Of a stretch of DNA of 64,000 nt, positions 8,690 through 19,404 are shown in pieces. A program made the position numbers and the translations under genes. The notes below the pieces were generated by a model that did no database searches, was not told where the DNA came from, and worked only from the letters and a program-made list of their open reading frames with translations. This DNA comes from Candidatus Latescibacterota bacterium (lineage in GTDB: Bacteria; Latescibacterota; UBA2968; GCA-2709665), in contig CAXXXF010000015.1 of assembly GCA_963667175.2 (NCBI GenBank), forward strand, positions 416,001-480,000. Direction: 5' to 3'. The number at the start of each line of letters is the position of its first letter. Position 1 is the first letter of the stretch.

Positions 8690-11135
8690 GTGAGCAAGCG
8701 CAGAAAGAGAACCGCCCGCCGTCCCGCAACGCCGCGGTCGCATGCCACCGAAAGCCTCTCCGGCCGCCTCGGTCGCTTCGTCGTCTCGCCGTGGGCGCCG
8801 GTCGCGTTCTTTCTGTTGCTGAGCGTGGTCTACTTCGCCGGATTCGTCTTCACCGACCACGTCATTCTCGGCCAGGACACGGGGAGGGAATTCCACAAGG
8901 GACAGGAACCGTTCCTTGAAAAGCTGGCCAACCTGGCCCCGGCCAACTGGACGCGGTACCTCGGCGGCACACCGGTCACCGGACAGCGCATGTCCCAATA
9001 CTTCCCTCTGGAGATCATCGCCCTGTTTAGCACCCGGCACCGGCTTCTGGGCTGGCGATATTTCTTCGCCATGTTCATGGCCGGCTATTTCATGTACCTC
9101 TGCATCCGCGGCTTCGGCCTGAAGCCGCTCACCGCCTGGCTCACCGGCATCGCGTACGCCTCCGCGCCCGCCCTGCTCACCTTCATCTACGCCGGCCACG
9201 AAGCCAAAATGCTGGTCATCGGCCTTTTCCCACTCATGGTCTGGGGGCTGTACCGCGGCATTGAAACCGGCCGCCTCATCTACTTCCCTCGTACTGGCGG
9301 TCGCGATCGGCGCGGGCATCTATACGCCGCACCTCCAGATGCTCTATTACGCCCTCCTCGGACTCGGCATCCTCTTCGCCGCCAGGCTTGTCAATCTCTT
9401 CTACGGCGAGAGAGACGTCGCGGCCGCCCTCCGCCGCAGCCTGATCGGCGCGGGCGCGGTGTGCCTGGGCCTGGGCATCGGCGCCATGGGCGTGTTCCCC
9501 CAATACTGGTACACGAAGACGGAATCCAGGCGGGCGCTGGGGAACGGGGAGGGCAAAGGCCTCGAATACGCGCAGACCTGGTCGCTGCACCCCGAGGAAA
9601 TCGCCTCTCTGGTCGTCCCTGAGTTCGCGCATTTCGACGACCCGGACCGACGACAGAGAAACTACTGGGGCCGCAATCCCTTTAAACTCAATTCCGAATA
9701 CTTCGGCATCGCCGTGCTCTTCTTCGCCGCCATCGCACTGGGCCGAATTCGCCGCGACCCCCGAATCTGGATCTTCCTTCTGCTCTTTCTCTTCGCCCTG
9801 GCGTTCGCGCTGGGACCCCACACCTTTCTGCATGGATACGCGTACCGCTACGTTCCGGGTATGAACGTGCTGCGGGCGCCGGGGATGATCGCCTTTCTGT
9901 TCGCCTTCCCCGCCTGCGTGCTGGCCGCCATCGGATTGCAGCGGGTCCTCTATGCGACCGGGGACCCGCTCCGGATGCGGCGGAATCTCGCCATCGGCGC
10001 CGGGGTCGCCGTGGTCCTGCTGCTGGGTGTCGCCCTGTCTCCGCAGGGCGCGGTCAATGCCTGGACCGGCGTCTTCTGGTCCGATATCCCGGATTCAAAC
10101 GTCCGGGTCGCGCAGGCGAACGCGCCCAACCTCAGCCGGGGCGCCATGCTCGCCGCTCTGCTCGTGGCGTTGATGGCCATCCTGACGTGGAGGCGCCTGG
10201 GCGGCGGCCTGTCCCCCGCCCTCTACGCGTGCCTTCTGGTTCCCCTGATGCTGTTCGACACCTGGCGGATCGACCGGCAGTTCCTCCGGGTTTTCGATCC
10301 GGCCCTGCAACCGCCCCCGGAACGCGTGTACGGCGGCGTTCTGCGGCACTTCGAGCGGGACCCGGACCTGTACCGCGTGCTGTTCGTCTCGCAGCACTCC
10401 GTGCCCCCTCCACACATGGGCGCAGGCAAGCGGACGATTGTCGACCGGGTCCGCGTGGATTTTCACGAACCCTTTACGATGCTGCGCTACGACCGGATCA
10501 CCGAACCGCGGTACCTCCGTCATTTTCCCATCCTGAGTCTGCTGAATACACGATACGTGGTGACCCGGGAACCGTTTCAGGACGCGCCGGCGTCCGTGGT
10601 GGCCGACGGGCTGCATATCTACAGGAACGACTTCGCGTTGCCATGGTTCTATCTTGCGCCCGGATACCGGATCGAAACCGACGAGGAAGAGATATTGAAA
10701 CTTCTGTCGGACCCGGCATTCAAACCCGATGAAACCGTTATCCTCGAAGCAGAGCCGGACGGTTTTTCGGCCGGTCCTGCGGACACGCTTGCGCAGGACC
10801 GCATCGAGACGGTCGCGTACGACGATCGCACGGGATACATCCAGATCAACGTCAAAACCGGCGGCGCCCGCCTGCTCGTGGTATCCGAAAACTACCATCC
10901 CTTCTGGCACGCGTACGTGGACGGCAAAGAGCAACCGCTGTTCAGGGCCAACTACGTCTGGAAGGCGGTTGGCATCCCCGAGGGCGAACACCGGGTCGAA
11001 CTCCGCTTCCACGATCCCATCGCCTCGGCCTGCCGCTGGATCACCCTCCTCTCCACCCTCTTCGCCATCGCCTGCGCCGCCGCGTGGGTCTGGCGGCAGC
11101 GCGCCGGGAAACCGGCCCCCGCCACGGCGGAGTAG
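8690..11135 (+). pseudogene. YfhO-like polytopic membrane protein (GT-C-like) split by a one-base frameshift at ~9286-9288
   Basis: Hydrophobic ORF 8690-9622 and ORF 9261-11135 join as GRLIYF/LVLAVAIG if one C is removed from TACTTCCCTC; C-terminal LVVSENYHPFWHAYVDG...RANY...IPEGEHRVE is typical of YfhO. Confidence 0.75.
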
Positions 11136-11138
11136 TCC

Positions 11139-12608
11139 ATGGGCGGCAAGTCACCGATCAGAAGGATCGCGGGCAACACCGCGGTCCAGGTCTTCGGACG
11201 GACCATCGAGTTCGCGATCTTCCTGTTCCTCGTCCACTATCTGGACCTGAAGGCGTTCGGCGCGTATTCGTTCATCCTGACCAACCTCATGTTGTGGAGC
11301 GTCCTCACGGACGCGGGCGCGTATAACGTTCTGGTCAGAGAGAGCGCGACCGGCGATGATTCCGATCGACTCCTCGGCAACGCCCTTTCAATCGGACTGA
11401 TCGGATGCGTTGCCGCCGTTCTGACGTCAAACGCCTATCTCTACCTTTCGGGCCAGGGCACGGAAACCCTCATCCCCGCGCTCATCGCCTCGATCACCCT
11501 GTTCGTATCGCCGCGGCTGAACGCCTTTCGCAAGATGCTGCAGGTCCGGTTTCAGGCCGAACTCAGAATGGGATTCGTGGTGGCGTGGAATACCGTCTCC
11601 CACCTTCTGATGGCCGGCCTGCTGGTCGTCGTGGTCCTCGAACAGGGCTATCTGACCGCCGTCTTCTGCGCGCTCATCGCCGCCGAGCTTCTGTCGTTCG
11701 CCGGCCTGTGCCTCACGCACCGGCGTCTTTTCAGGCTTCCCCGGTTCCGGTTCGACGCGCGGATCATAAAGCCTCTGCTGCGGCAGAGCATGCCGCTCAT
11801 GCTGGCCGCGGCGTGCGTCACCGTGCACGACAAGATCGGCGTCATGCTGCTCGAGTCCATCAAGGGCAAAGAGGCCGTGGGCCTCTACAACATGGCGGCA
11901 CGGATCCCGGACAGCCTCCCCTTCCTCGCCACGATATTCACCGCCAACGTGTTCCCCGTGATGGTGAGACAAAGGGAGACGGATCCGGTTGCCTTCGACA
12001 GAATCTACCAGCGCAGCGCGCGGTACCTGCTGCTCTTTATCATCCCCGTCGCCGGGTTCTGCACCCTTGCCTCGGGCAGCGTCCTGAACCTGCTCTTCCC
12101 GGGGCGGATTCCGGCGGACATGTTCGCTCACGCCAGCGGCGCGCTCGTCCTGCTCATCTGGGCCATGGTCTTCAAGTACATGGGCGCGGCATTCAGCTAT
12201 CTGATCGTGGCCGTGGGCGAGGAAAAGCGCCGGCTTTACTGCCTGGGCGCGGCGGCGCTGCTTGGCGTTCTTCTGAACGTCGCCCTCATCCCCGGCCACC
12301 ACGTCCTCGGATCGGCAATGGCCGTGCTGATCGGGTCCATCGCGTATCCGGTGGCGGGGCTGTGCATCCCGCCGCTGCGGAAGTACGCCGCCATGCTTGG
12401 CGCGGCCGCCGTCAAACCGCTGCTGGCAACCGTTCTGACGGCGGCCTGCGTCGCGCTCGTCACCAATCACCTCATCTTCGCGGCCCTGGTGGGCTTGCCC
12501 GTCTACGGCGCGCTGATCCTGCTTTTCAAAGGCGTTACGCGGGAGGACGTGGCCCTGCTCAAGGAACTGCGGGAAAAAACCGGGGAGACGGGAGAGCAGA
12601 CAGCTTGA
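11139..12608 (+). CDS. Oligosaccharide flippase (Wzx/MOP family)
   Basis: Many hydrophobic segments, RRIAGNT N-terminus, AVGLYNMAARI, LNVALIP. Confidence 0.85.
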   Translation: MGGKSPIRRIAGNTAVQVFGRTIEFAIFLFLVHYLDLKAFGAYSFILTNLMLWSVLTDAGAYNVLVRESATGDDSDRLLGNALSIGLIGCVAAVLTSNAYLYLSGQGTETLIPALIASITLFVSPRLNAFRKMLQVRFQAELRMGFVVAWNTVSHLLMAGLLVVVVLEQGYLTAVFCALIAAELLSFAGLCLTHRRLFRLPRFRFDARIIKPLLRQSMPLMLAAACVTVHDKIGVMLLESIKGKEAVGLYNMAARIPDSLPFLATIFTANVFPVMVRQRETDPVAFDRIYQRSARYLLLFIIPVAGFCTLASGSVLNLLFPGRIPADMFAHASGALVLLIWAMVFKYMGAAFSYLIVAVGEEKRRLYCLGAAALLGVLLNVALIPGHHVLGSAMAVLIGSIAYPVAGLCIPPLRKYAAMLGAAAVKPLLATVLTAACVALVTNHLIFAALVGLPVYGALILLFKGVTREDVALLKELREKTGETGEQTA

Positions 12609-12676
12609 AGCAAAGGGCGAAAACCAGCTCACACAAAGACGCGAAGACACAAAGAAAACCAAAGGCGAACCACCCA

Positions 12677-12750
12677 CCCCGCAGACCTCTCCCCCCGGCC
12701 TGCCTGCGCCGAGTTCTGCTCGGCAGGCAGGCCGGGGGGAGAGGGGGAGA
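12677..12750. repeat. Compound palindrome: CCTCTCCCCCCGGCC-type arms enclosing a CCTGCCTGC...GCAGGCAGG hairpin
   Basis: cctctccccccggcc-tgcctgcgccgagttctgctcggcaggca-ggccggggggagagg; related arms at ~36012-36050 and ~54073-54118. Confidence 0.65.
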
Positions 12751-12786
12751 AAACCAGGCGTACATCAAGTGATACAAGGAGAAACT

Positions 12787-13515
12787 ATGGAATCTATTTC
12801 ATCCGCACTTCCCCCGGCGGACCCCGTTGCCGATGCGTTCAGTCGCGACGGGTTCTACATTGCGAAGGGGCTCTATCGCCCACAGGAGATGCTGGACTGG
12901 AAGGCGCGCGTTCTCCAGATCCTCGAGGCGGGCGGTCACGTCAGCAAGGACCCGAAGGGAAGCGGTGTGCACGTCTTCATGGCGGACGCGCTGGACCCGT
13001 TTTTCGGGGAACGCATGCGGGACGCGTGCGTGGCCGGGATTCTCAACCGGATCATCGGTCCGAACGTGGAGTTTCTGAGTGTGAAGTCGGTCTACAAGAA
13101 CAAATTCACCACGTTCGGATCGCCCTGGCACCAGGACTGGCACTACTGGAAGGGCGAGACCAAGATATCCGTGTGGATCGCGCTGGACGACGCCACGCCC
13201 GAGAACGGCTGTCTGAAAATGATCGCCGGCAGCCACGTCAAGCGATTCAAAGTAAAACAGGTCAGGGCGGACAACGGTTTCGGGTGGCGCATCGGAAACG
13301 AGGAGATCGCCGGGCTGCCCGAGACCACGCTCGCCGTGAACCGGGGCGACGCGGTCTTCTTTCACGATCAGACCCTGCACAGTTCCCATCCGAACACCAC
13401 GGGCGCGGACCGCTGGAGCTTCATTTCCACGTATCGGGACGCGTCCGTGCCGGACGAGTCAACGGTCTGGAAACATCCGATGGTTGTCACCGGCAAAAGC
13501 GTGAACGCGGGCTGA
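12787..13515 (+). CDS. Phytanoyl-CoA dioxygenase family (Fe(II)/2-oxoglutarate oxygenase)
   Basis: PWHQD, SVWIALDDATPENGCL, LHSSHPN; AAGGAG RBS before ATG 12787. Confidence 0.9.
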   Translation: MESISSALPPADPVADAFSRDGFYIAKGLYRPQEMLDWKARVLQILEAGGHVSKDPKGSGVHVFMADALDPFFGERMRDACVAGILNRIIGPNVEFLSVKSVYKNKFTTFGSPWHQDWHYWKGETKISVWIALDDATPENGCLKMIAGSHVKRFKVKQVRADNGFGWRIGNEEIAGLPETTLAVNRGDAVFFHDQTLHSSHPNTTGADRWSFISTYRDASVPDESTVWKHPMVVTGKSVNAG

Positions 13516-13575
13516 ACCGGACCCCGATTGAGGACAGCGAGGCGGGCAGGCCCCACCCTTACAGTGAATTCCCGA

Positions 13576-16383
13576 ATGCCCAGTCCCCGAAATCTCATTG
13601 CGATCCTCAAGCGCCATGCGATGCCGCCGGCCGCCCGGTCGTTTCCCGTCGACCTGGGTCTCGCGGCCGGTTTTTTCTGCGCGTGGCTGGCGCTGTGCGG
13701 CTTTTCGCCCGTGGTCGCGGCGGCCATGGACGAGTTGCGCCTGGCCGTGAGGACCGGACCCTACCGCCTCCAATGGCCTCCGTATGGTCCAGCGGTTGTC
13801 GGCATCGCGGGGCTGGTCCTGGCGTGGGTCCGCCATCGGACGCCCTCTCTACGCCCGCGCCTCCACGAACGCCTGCAACGCGCCACGTTGCTGGCCGCCG
13901 CGCTTCTGGCCCTGCGCCTTCTCGCCCTCTTCGATCCGCTCGTCTACGTCTTTCCCTTCCTGACCATCCTCTGGTCCCCCCACGCGCTGTGGGCCGTTGC
14001 GCTGGTCTTCCTCGGATACGTGCATCTGCCACTCACGCGCGCGTCCTGGTCCCCTCGAAAGACGTATGTCGCGGCGGGTATCCTCTTCGCCGTATGCCTG
14101 CTGATTTATACGCTCTACGCGCTCTACTTCTGCCAGGTTACCATGCTCCACAGCGACGAGGGCCAGTACCTGCGGGTCACGCAGAGCCTCCTGCGCGACG
14201 GGGACATGGACCTCGCCAACAACCTCGATATCGAACAGATCAAAGAATTCCACGTCACGGACTTCGGACTTAACAACACCCCTGCTGCGCCTGAGGGTAG
14301 AATTTACTCGAAGCATCCCATCGGACTCTCCATCGCCCTCGTGCCTGCCTACTGGTGGGGGCTGGAAGCGTGGGGAAACCCCCGATTGGGAACGGCACTC
14401 TTCATTGCGGTGATTGCCGGCGTCTGCGTCCCCCTCCTTTTTCTCTATCTGACGTCTTCAGGCGCCGCGCCCTGGGCGGCGCTTCTCGCCGTCAGCACGA
14501 TGGCCGGAACCGGACCCTGCCTGTATTACTCGAACCAGCTGTACCCCGAATTTCCCGCGATGATGATTGTGCTGACCGTCTTGTTGGCCCTGGTCCACCT
14601 GCAGATCCCCAACGGCGCCTACCGCTCCCTGGGGCGCTGGGAGACGCCTCTTCTGGGACTGCTGACTCTCCTGCTCTGTTGCCTGCCCTTCTTGCATCCG
14701 CGAATCGCGCCGTTGGGACTTTGCTGTGGTGTTCTGGTGCTGCTGCAGGCCTGGTTCAGCCCAAGGCGGTGGTTCGCACTGTGTCTGATCGGCATGTTCG
14801 TTGCCGGCGGGCTGTATGCCGTTTTCCGCTACCACTATGCCTTGAGCGAGGACTGGCTGGGTCCGCTCCGCCCGGGAATCGGGCCCTGGGGCGAGGACCC
14901 TTTCGGTGTCGCCACGTGGAAGGATTCACTTCCTGGCCTTTGGCTTCAAAGCAGTGACGGAATCCTCGAAACGTCGCCCATCTTCTTTTTCTCACTGCCG
15001 GGATTGCTGATTCTCGCGCGCGTTCGTGACCGGCGCGTCATCGTCTCAACGTTGCTCTTTGGCGCCACGGCCGGCGTCTTCGGCCTTCACACGATTTGGG
15101 AAACCGGGTACGTCTTTCCCGGGCGATTTATGGTCATCGCGATTCCTGCCGTGGTGATCTGGCTCTCCTGGGGATGGCCGGTGGTACTGCGCCGGGCAAC
15201 GACCGGTTTTCTGGCGGCGCTATCGCTTGTCTTGAGCATTGAAAGCGTAACTCATACGCTTGCGCTTCCTGAATTGGGATTTAACGGAATGAACCTGCTC
15301 GGCCGATCCATCAATCGCTTCTATCCCCTGCATTCTCATTTTTTCACGCAAGGGGAGAAAGGATTCCCGTTTCCTGACCTGATTTTCTGGAGCATTCTGG
15401 CAACCGCGCTGGTGTGCCGGCCCCGGTCTGTCTGGTTCCGAACGTCCTTGATTGCCGCGGCATCCCTTGCGCCGTTCTTCTGGAGCCGGACAGACGTATC
15501 AGCTTCTCGTTGGGAGAGATCCCGCTCGCCGTATATGACCGTTCTTTCGCGCGAGGTTGCTCCGATGATCTTCGAATTCGACGTCCCGCGGACGGCGGTT
15601 GACGGAAGCGCCCCAGATCCGGAATGGAGGCTGCGGGCGCGGCCCGGGCATACCGCGGTTGGGAAGGTGGACGAATCGCGGTTGTCCGCACCGTTGCTGC
15701 GCGCCACCTATCCCGGCGTCTACAGGTTGAATTTTCAGGGCCTGCGCGTCGATGCGCAACCCGACGGGATCGCAGGCCACCTCACCCGGTCGGAGCGCTA
15801 CACAGTAAAGGCTGTTTCCAACTGGCGCACGTCGACAAACTTTCCGCTCATTGGCGGTCGGATCGACGGAGACCACTCGCTGACCTTCCGCGTCGATCGG
15901 CCGCTCTTCTGTGACGTCTCCGCCTCCTACACGGGAACGGGTGAACTCGCGCTCGATCGTATTCGCGCCGCCTACGTTGCATTTCCGCATTTGCCTGAGC
16001 CGGAAACGTTGGAGATTGAGCGCGTATCTTATGCAGCGCGTGAGCGCCCCATCCGCGCCGTCCACCGGGTTCCCAACCTGCAGGCAGGCCAATATCGACT
16101 CCGCTTCAACCTCAAGGGGTCGACCTTCGCCCGCTTCTTCGAGCGCTTCCCGGAACCGATCAAAACAGCCGTCTACACCCTGCCGCCACCGGCGCGTCCC
16201 GTGGTCGAGGGCGCGCACCCCCCCTGGTGGCTGTCGATCCCCTTCGCCGGCGGCGAGGCCTGTGAGTTGCGTTTCGTTCTGGACAAGACCCAGGATATCC
16301 ATGTGCTGCTGCAATACGACGGAAAGGCCGATCTGGATCTGACGGAGATTGTACTGTATCGTGAGACCTACAAACGTCAGTGA
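13576..16383 (+). CDS. Large polytopic membrane protein, GT-C-like N-terminal half plus soluble C-terminal region
   Basis: HSDEGQYL...SLLRDGDMDLANN loop after a TM segment, SKHPIG, YPE, many TM stretches; start uncertain (13528, 13576 or 13621). Confidence 0.6.
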   Translation: MPSPRNLIAILKRHAMPPAARSFPVDLGLAAGFFCAWLALCGFSPVVAAAMDELRLAVRTGPYRLQWPPYGPAVVGIAGLVLAWVRHRTPSLRPRLHERLQRATLLAAALLALRLLALFDPLVYVFPFLTILWSPHALWAVALVFLGYVHLPLTRASWSPRKTYVAAGILFAVCLLIYTLYALYFCQVTMLHSDEGQYLRVTQSLLRDGDMDLANNLDIEQIKEFHVTDFGLNNTPAAPEGRIYSKHPIGLSIALVPAYWWGLEAWGNPRLGTALFIAVIAGVCVPLLFLYLTSSGAAPWAALLAVSTMAGTGPCLYYSNQLYPEFPAMMIVLTVLLALVHLQIPNGAYRSLGRWETPLLGLLTLLLCCLPFLHPRIAPLGLCCGVLVLLQAWFSPRRWFALCLIGMFVAGGLYAVFRYHYALSEDWLGPLRPGIGPWGEDPFGVATWKDSLPGLWLQSSDGILETSPIFFFSLPGLLILARVRDRRVIVSTLLFGATAGVFGLHTIWETGYVFPGRFMVIAIPAVVIWLSWGWPVVLRRATTGFLAALSLVLSIESVTHTLALPELGFNGMNLLGRSINRFYPLHSHFFTQGEKGFPFPDLIFWSILATALVCRPRSVWFRTSLIAAASLAPFFWSRTDVSASRWERSRSPYMTVLSREVAPMIFEFDVPRTAVDGSAPDPEWRLRARPGHTAVGKVDESRLSAPLLRATYPGVYRLNFQGLRVDAQPDGIAGHLTRSERYTVKAVSNWRTSTNFPLIGGRIDGDHSLTFRVDRPLFCDVSASYTGTGELALDRIRAAYVAFPHLPEPETLEIERVSYAARERPIRAVHRVPNLQAGQYRLRFNLKGSTFARFFERFPEPIKTAVYTLPPPARPVVEGAHPPWWLSIPFAGGEACELRFVLDKTQDIHVLLQYDGKADLDLTEIVLYRETYKRQ

Positions 16384-16410
16384 CGCGGCCCACCGCCGGA
16401 CAGAAAGGCA

Positions 16411-16510
16411 GGCAGACAGGAATGTCTGCCCCACCCTCAATCCGGCTTCCTCAGGATGAGAATCTGGCTGGATAGTCCGATCGTAGGGGCAGGTTTCAAA
16501 CCTGCCCGCC
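16411..16510. repeat. Oppositely oriented pair of GTRGGGC-type REP-like hairpins
   Basis: ggcagacaggaatgtctgccccacc (16411-16435) and gtaggggcaggtttcaaacctgcccgcc (16483-16510). Confidence 0.65.
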
Positions 16511-16600
16511 GCTCCCTCTATCTGTATTCCGACAGCAGAACGATGATGCAGGCAGGCCACACCCGCACAACGCCAGGGAACACGTGGAACCGATAATTCA

Positions 16601-16630
16601 TTGACAAGAAAGCTTGGAACGGGGTATTTT
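16601..16630 (+). promoter_or_regulatory. Putative sigma70 promoter of the addB/addA-like operon
   Basis: TTGACA-N18-TATTTT. Confidence 0.5.
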
Positions 16631-16676
16631 GCGTAGACGTGAAGTGCAGGCGGCAAGCGGAGACACACGAGCGAAT

Positions 16677-19403
16677 ATGCCGGTGACAAAACCCGACAGG
16701 AAGATGCATACGAAGTTGCGCAGGACCGTGGTGGTGGAAGGCCGGTACGCGCGGCGATGGCATCAGACCCAGGCGGCCATTGACGGCAAGCAGGGATTGC
16801 TCGTTGTTTCGATGGAGGAGCTTGCGGCCCGTCTTGCCGGTGGATTCCTCCGGTCCATCCGGGCCGACTCCCTGAAAGCCGGTGTAAGGGAAGCCGCCGC
16901 CGCGGGGTCGCTGGGCGCACTGAACCCGATCAAGGACCTGCCCGGGTTCCAGCGCGCCGCCGCGGCCAGCCTGTCCAAAGTGTGGCGGGCCGGTCTCACG
17001 CTGGATGGGAGCGGCGCGCCCGCCGCCGGCTCTCTGAAGGTCCTCGAGCGGGACGTGCGTTCCAGACTGCCGAAGAATCAACTCCCGGCCGGCGAACTGG
17101 CGAAAGCGGCGCTCGAGCGCGTGAGGTACGCTCCTCTGCTGTTCGGCCGCATCGAGATCCATGGGCGCACCGAATTGTCGCCGGTGTGGAGAAAACTCCT
17201 GCTGCGGCTCAGCAGGGAAACCGACGTGGTCTGGGCGGCGGGCGCCAGGGCGACGCCGGACTGGTTGGCCGGATCGGATATTCTGGTGACGAGGTCACCC
17301 CCGTCGGAACCCTGTCTCCGCGCGGTGTCCTGCGCGACCCCGCGTCACGAAATCCAGGAAGCCCTTCGGTGGGCCCGGAAGCGCCTCGCGGAGGGAATTC
17401 CCGCCCACGAGATCGCAATTGCCGCGGCGTCTCCTGCGACGTGGGACGATCACTTGATGGCCCTGGCACAGTCCGCGAAGCTGCCGGTCCACTTCATCCA
17501 TGGCCGGCCCGCGCTGTCCGTCCGCGAAGGTCAGCTGGCCGCGTCGCTCGCCGAAATCCTCCTGCGCGGGCTGTCGCGGAGTCGCATGGTCCGCTTCGTA
17601 AGGTTGCTGAGTTCGCTTCGCGAGCGTTTCCGCCCATTGGAAGGCGAATGGTGGAAACACCTGCCGCAGGACGCCCCGCTGCTGTCAAGTCTCCGCTGGA
17701 AGGACGCCATCGCCGGATTGACCCCGGAATCCTTTGCCGACGGCGTGGACCGCCGACCCCTGCTGTTGGATATCATCGAGGCCCTGCGACCCGGGCTGGC
17801 TGGCGCGGAGGAGACAGGCGGGGAACTCTTCCGCAGGGAAACACCTGAAGACACGGAAAAGACGCTGGAAATCTGGCAGAAGGCCCTGGAGGAAGGACCG
17901 CCGGCCGCCCTGGACGTGACGCTTGCAGGCCTCCGGGTTCAAGACGATGAAGAGCCGGGCGGGGCCATCGTCTGGGGACCGGCGTCGGCCATTGCCGCGG
18001 CGCCCCGCCCCTTCTGCTGGCTGGTCGGCCTGACGTCGCGCTCCTGGCCCAGGCGCGCCGGCGAGGACCCGCTGCTCCCCAATCACGTCGTGCCGCAGAA
18101 CCAGCTGGATCCGCTGCCCATCCACGAATCGGACCGCCGCGACTTCAGATCAATCTGCGCGATGGCCGACCGGCAGGTGGTCTGCTCCCGCGCTCGGCGG
18201 GACAGCGAAGGGCGGCTCATCGGCGTCTCGCCGCTGTACCCGCGGGAAATCGAGGGGGAACGTCTCGCGCAGAGCCGCGTCCCCGAACACGCCGCGAGCG
18301 AAGACGATCGTCTGATGTCCAGACCCGGTGAATTCGAGTCGCTGCCGCTTGCCCGTTCCGCCGCGCAGACCTGGATAGATTGGCGCAGCGAGAAGCTTAC
18401 CCCGCACGACGGGATGATCAGGCCCGGGCATCCCCTGCTGCTGCGTGCGCTCGACATGACGCAATCCGCCACGTCGCTGGCCAGGCTGCTCCGCGATCCC
18501 CTGGGCTATCTGTGGACCTATGGCTTTGGCTGGAGCGCGCCCGAGGAAACGGAGGAACCGCTCACGCTGGACGCGCTCGCGTTCGGGGCGTTGCTGCACG
18601 AGTTCCTCGAGAACGCGGTAACCCGTCTGGAGGGCGCCGAATCCGGAGGAATCGCGGGGGCATCCCGTGACAGGATTATACCTGCTGTAGAGATGGCCGC
18701 GTTCTCGGTTGCGGAACGATGGAGCGCCACGCGGCCTGTGCCCCCGCCCCTCATCTGGCAGAGAAAGTGTGAAGAGGCGCGGGAACTGGCCGTGGCGGCA
18801 TTGACGCGAGACGAAATCCCGCTGCCCGGGCAGCGCACCTGGTCGGAAGTTCCGTTCGGCAGCAAAGGCCGCGCAAGAGAATCCCGTGAAGCCGCGCGCA
18901 CCGGTCTTCCCTGGGACCCATCCGCGCCGGTTACCATTGACGGCACGCAGATTCGCATCGAGGGCTACATCGACCGGCTCGACCTCTCGGGCGACCGGCG
19001 CCATGCCCGTGTAACCGACTACAAATCGGGGAGAGCTCCGAAGAAATCTCCTCAGGTGCAGGGCGGCGCCGAATTACAGCGATGCCTGTACGCCTTCGCC
19101 GTGAAGACGCTCATCGAGACGCGGCCCGAAGTGGAGGCTTGTCTGGTCTATCCGCGCGGCGACGAACAGGCCATGGTCCTCGACGACACGGAGGAAACCC
19201 TCGCCGAACTCGCGACGTACCTCAATGCGGCCAGGTCCCATTTCACGGACGGCAGGACGCCAAACGGGCCCGCCGCGGAGGAGCGGTGGTACGCATTGGC
19301 CTTCGCGCTTCCCGCGGGCGGGAAGAACCGCTATCTGAACGTCAAACGACCGCTGGCCGAGCGGGCGCTGTCCCCCCTGCCGGTCCTGTGGGAGGCGCCC
19401 TGA
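16677..19403 (+). CDS. AddB-like PD-(D/E)xK nuclease family protein
   Basis: C-terminal GYIDRLD...VTDYKSG...LQRCLYA; SATSL..LLRDPLGY; FGALLHEFLE; start uncertain (16677 or 16704; ORF-track start 16614 lies inside the promoter). Confidence 0.8.
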   Translation: MPVTKPDRKMHTKLRRTVVVEGRYARRWHQTQAAIDGKQGLLVVSMEELAARLAGGFLRSIRADSLKAGVREAAAAGSLGALNPIKDLPGFQRAAAASLSKVWRAGLTLDGSGAPAAGSLKVLERDVRSRLPKNQLPAGELAKAALERVRYAPLLFGRIEIHGRTELSPVWRKLLLRLSRETDVVWAAGARATPDWLAGSDILVTRSPPSEPCLRAVSCATPRHEIQEALRWARKRLAEGIPAHEIAIAAASPATWDDHLMALAQSAKLPVHFIHGRPALSVREGQLAASLAEILLRGLSRSRMVRFVRLLSSLRERFRPLEGEWWKHLPQDAPLLSSLRWKDAIAGLTPESFADGVDRRPLLLDIIEALRPGLAGAEETGGELFRRETPEDTEKTLEIWQKALEEGPPAALDVTLAGLRVQDDEEPGGAIVWGPASAIAAAPRPFCWLVGLTSRSWPRRAGEDPLLPNHVVPQNQLDPLPIHESDRRDFRSICAMADRQVVCSRARRDSEGRLIGVSPLYPREIEGERLAQSRVPEHAASEDDRLMSRPGEFESLPLARSAAQTWIDWRSEKLTPHDGMIRPGHPLLLRALDMTQSATSLARLLRDPLGYLWTYGFGWSAPEETEEPLTLDALAFGALLHEFLENAVTRLEGAESGGIAGASRDRIIPAVEMAAFSVAERWSATRPVPPPLIWQRKCEEARELAVAALTRDEIPLPGQRTWSEVPFGSKGRARESREAARTGLPWDPSAPVTIDGTQIRIEGYIDRLDLSGDRRHARVTDYKSGRAPKKSPQVQGGAELQRCLYAFAVKTLIETRPEVEACLVYPRGDEQAMVLDDTEETLAELATYLNAARSHFTDGRTPNGPAAEERWYALAFALPAGGKNRYLNVKRPLAERALSPLPVLWEAP

Positions 19404-19404
19404 G

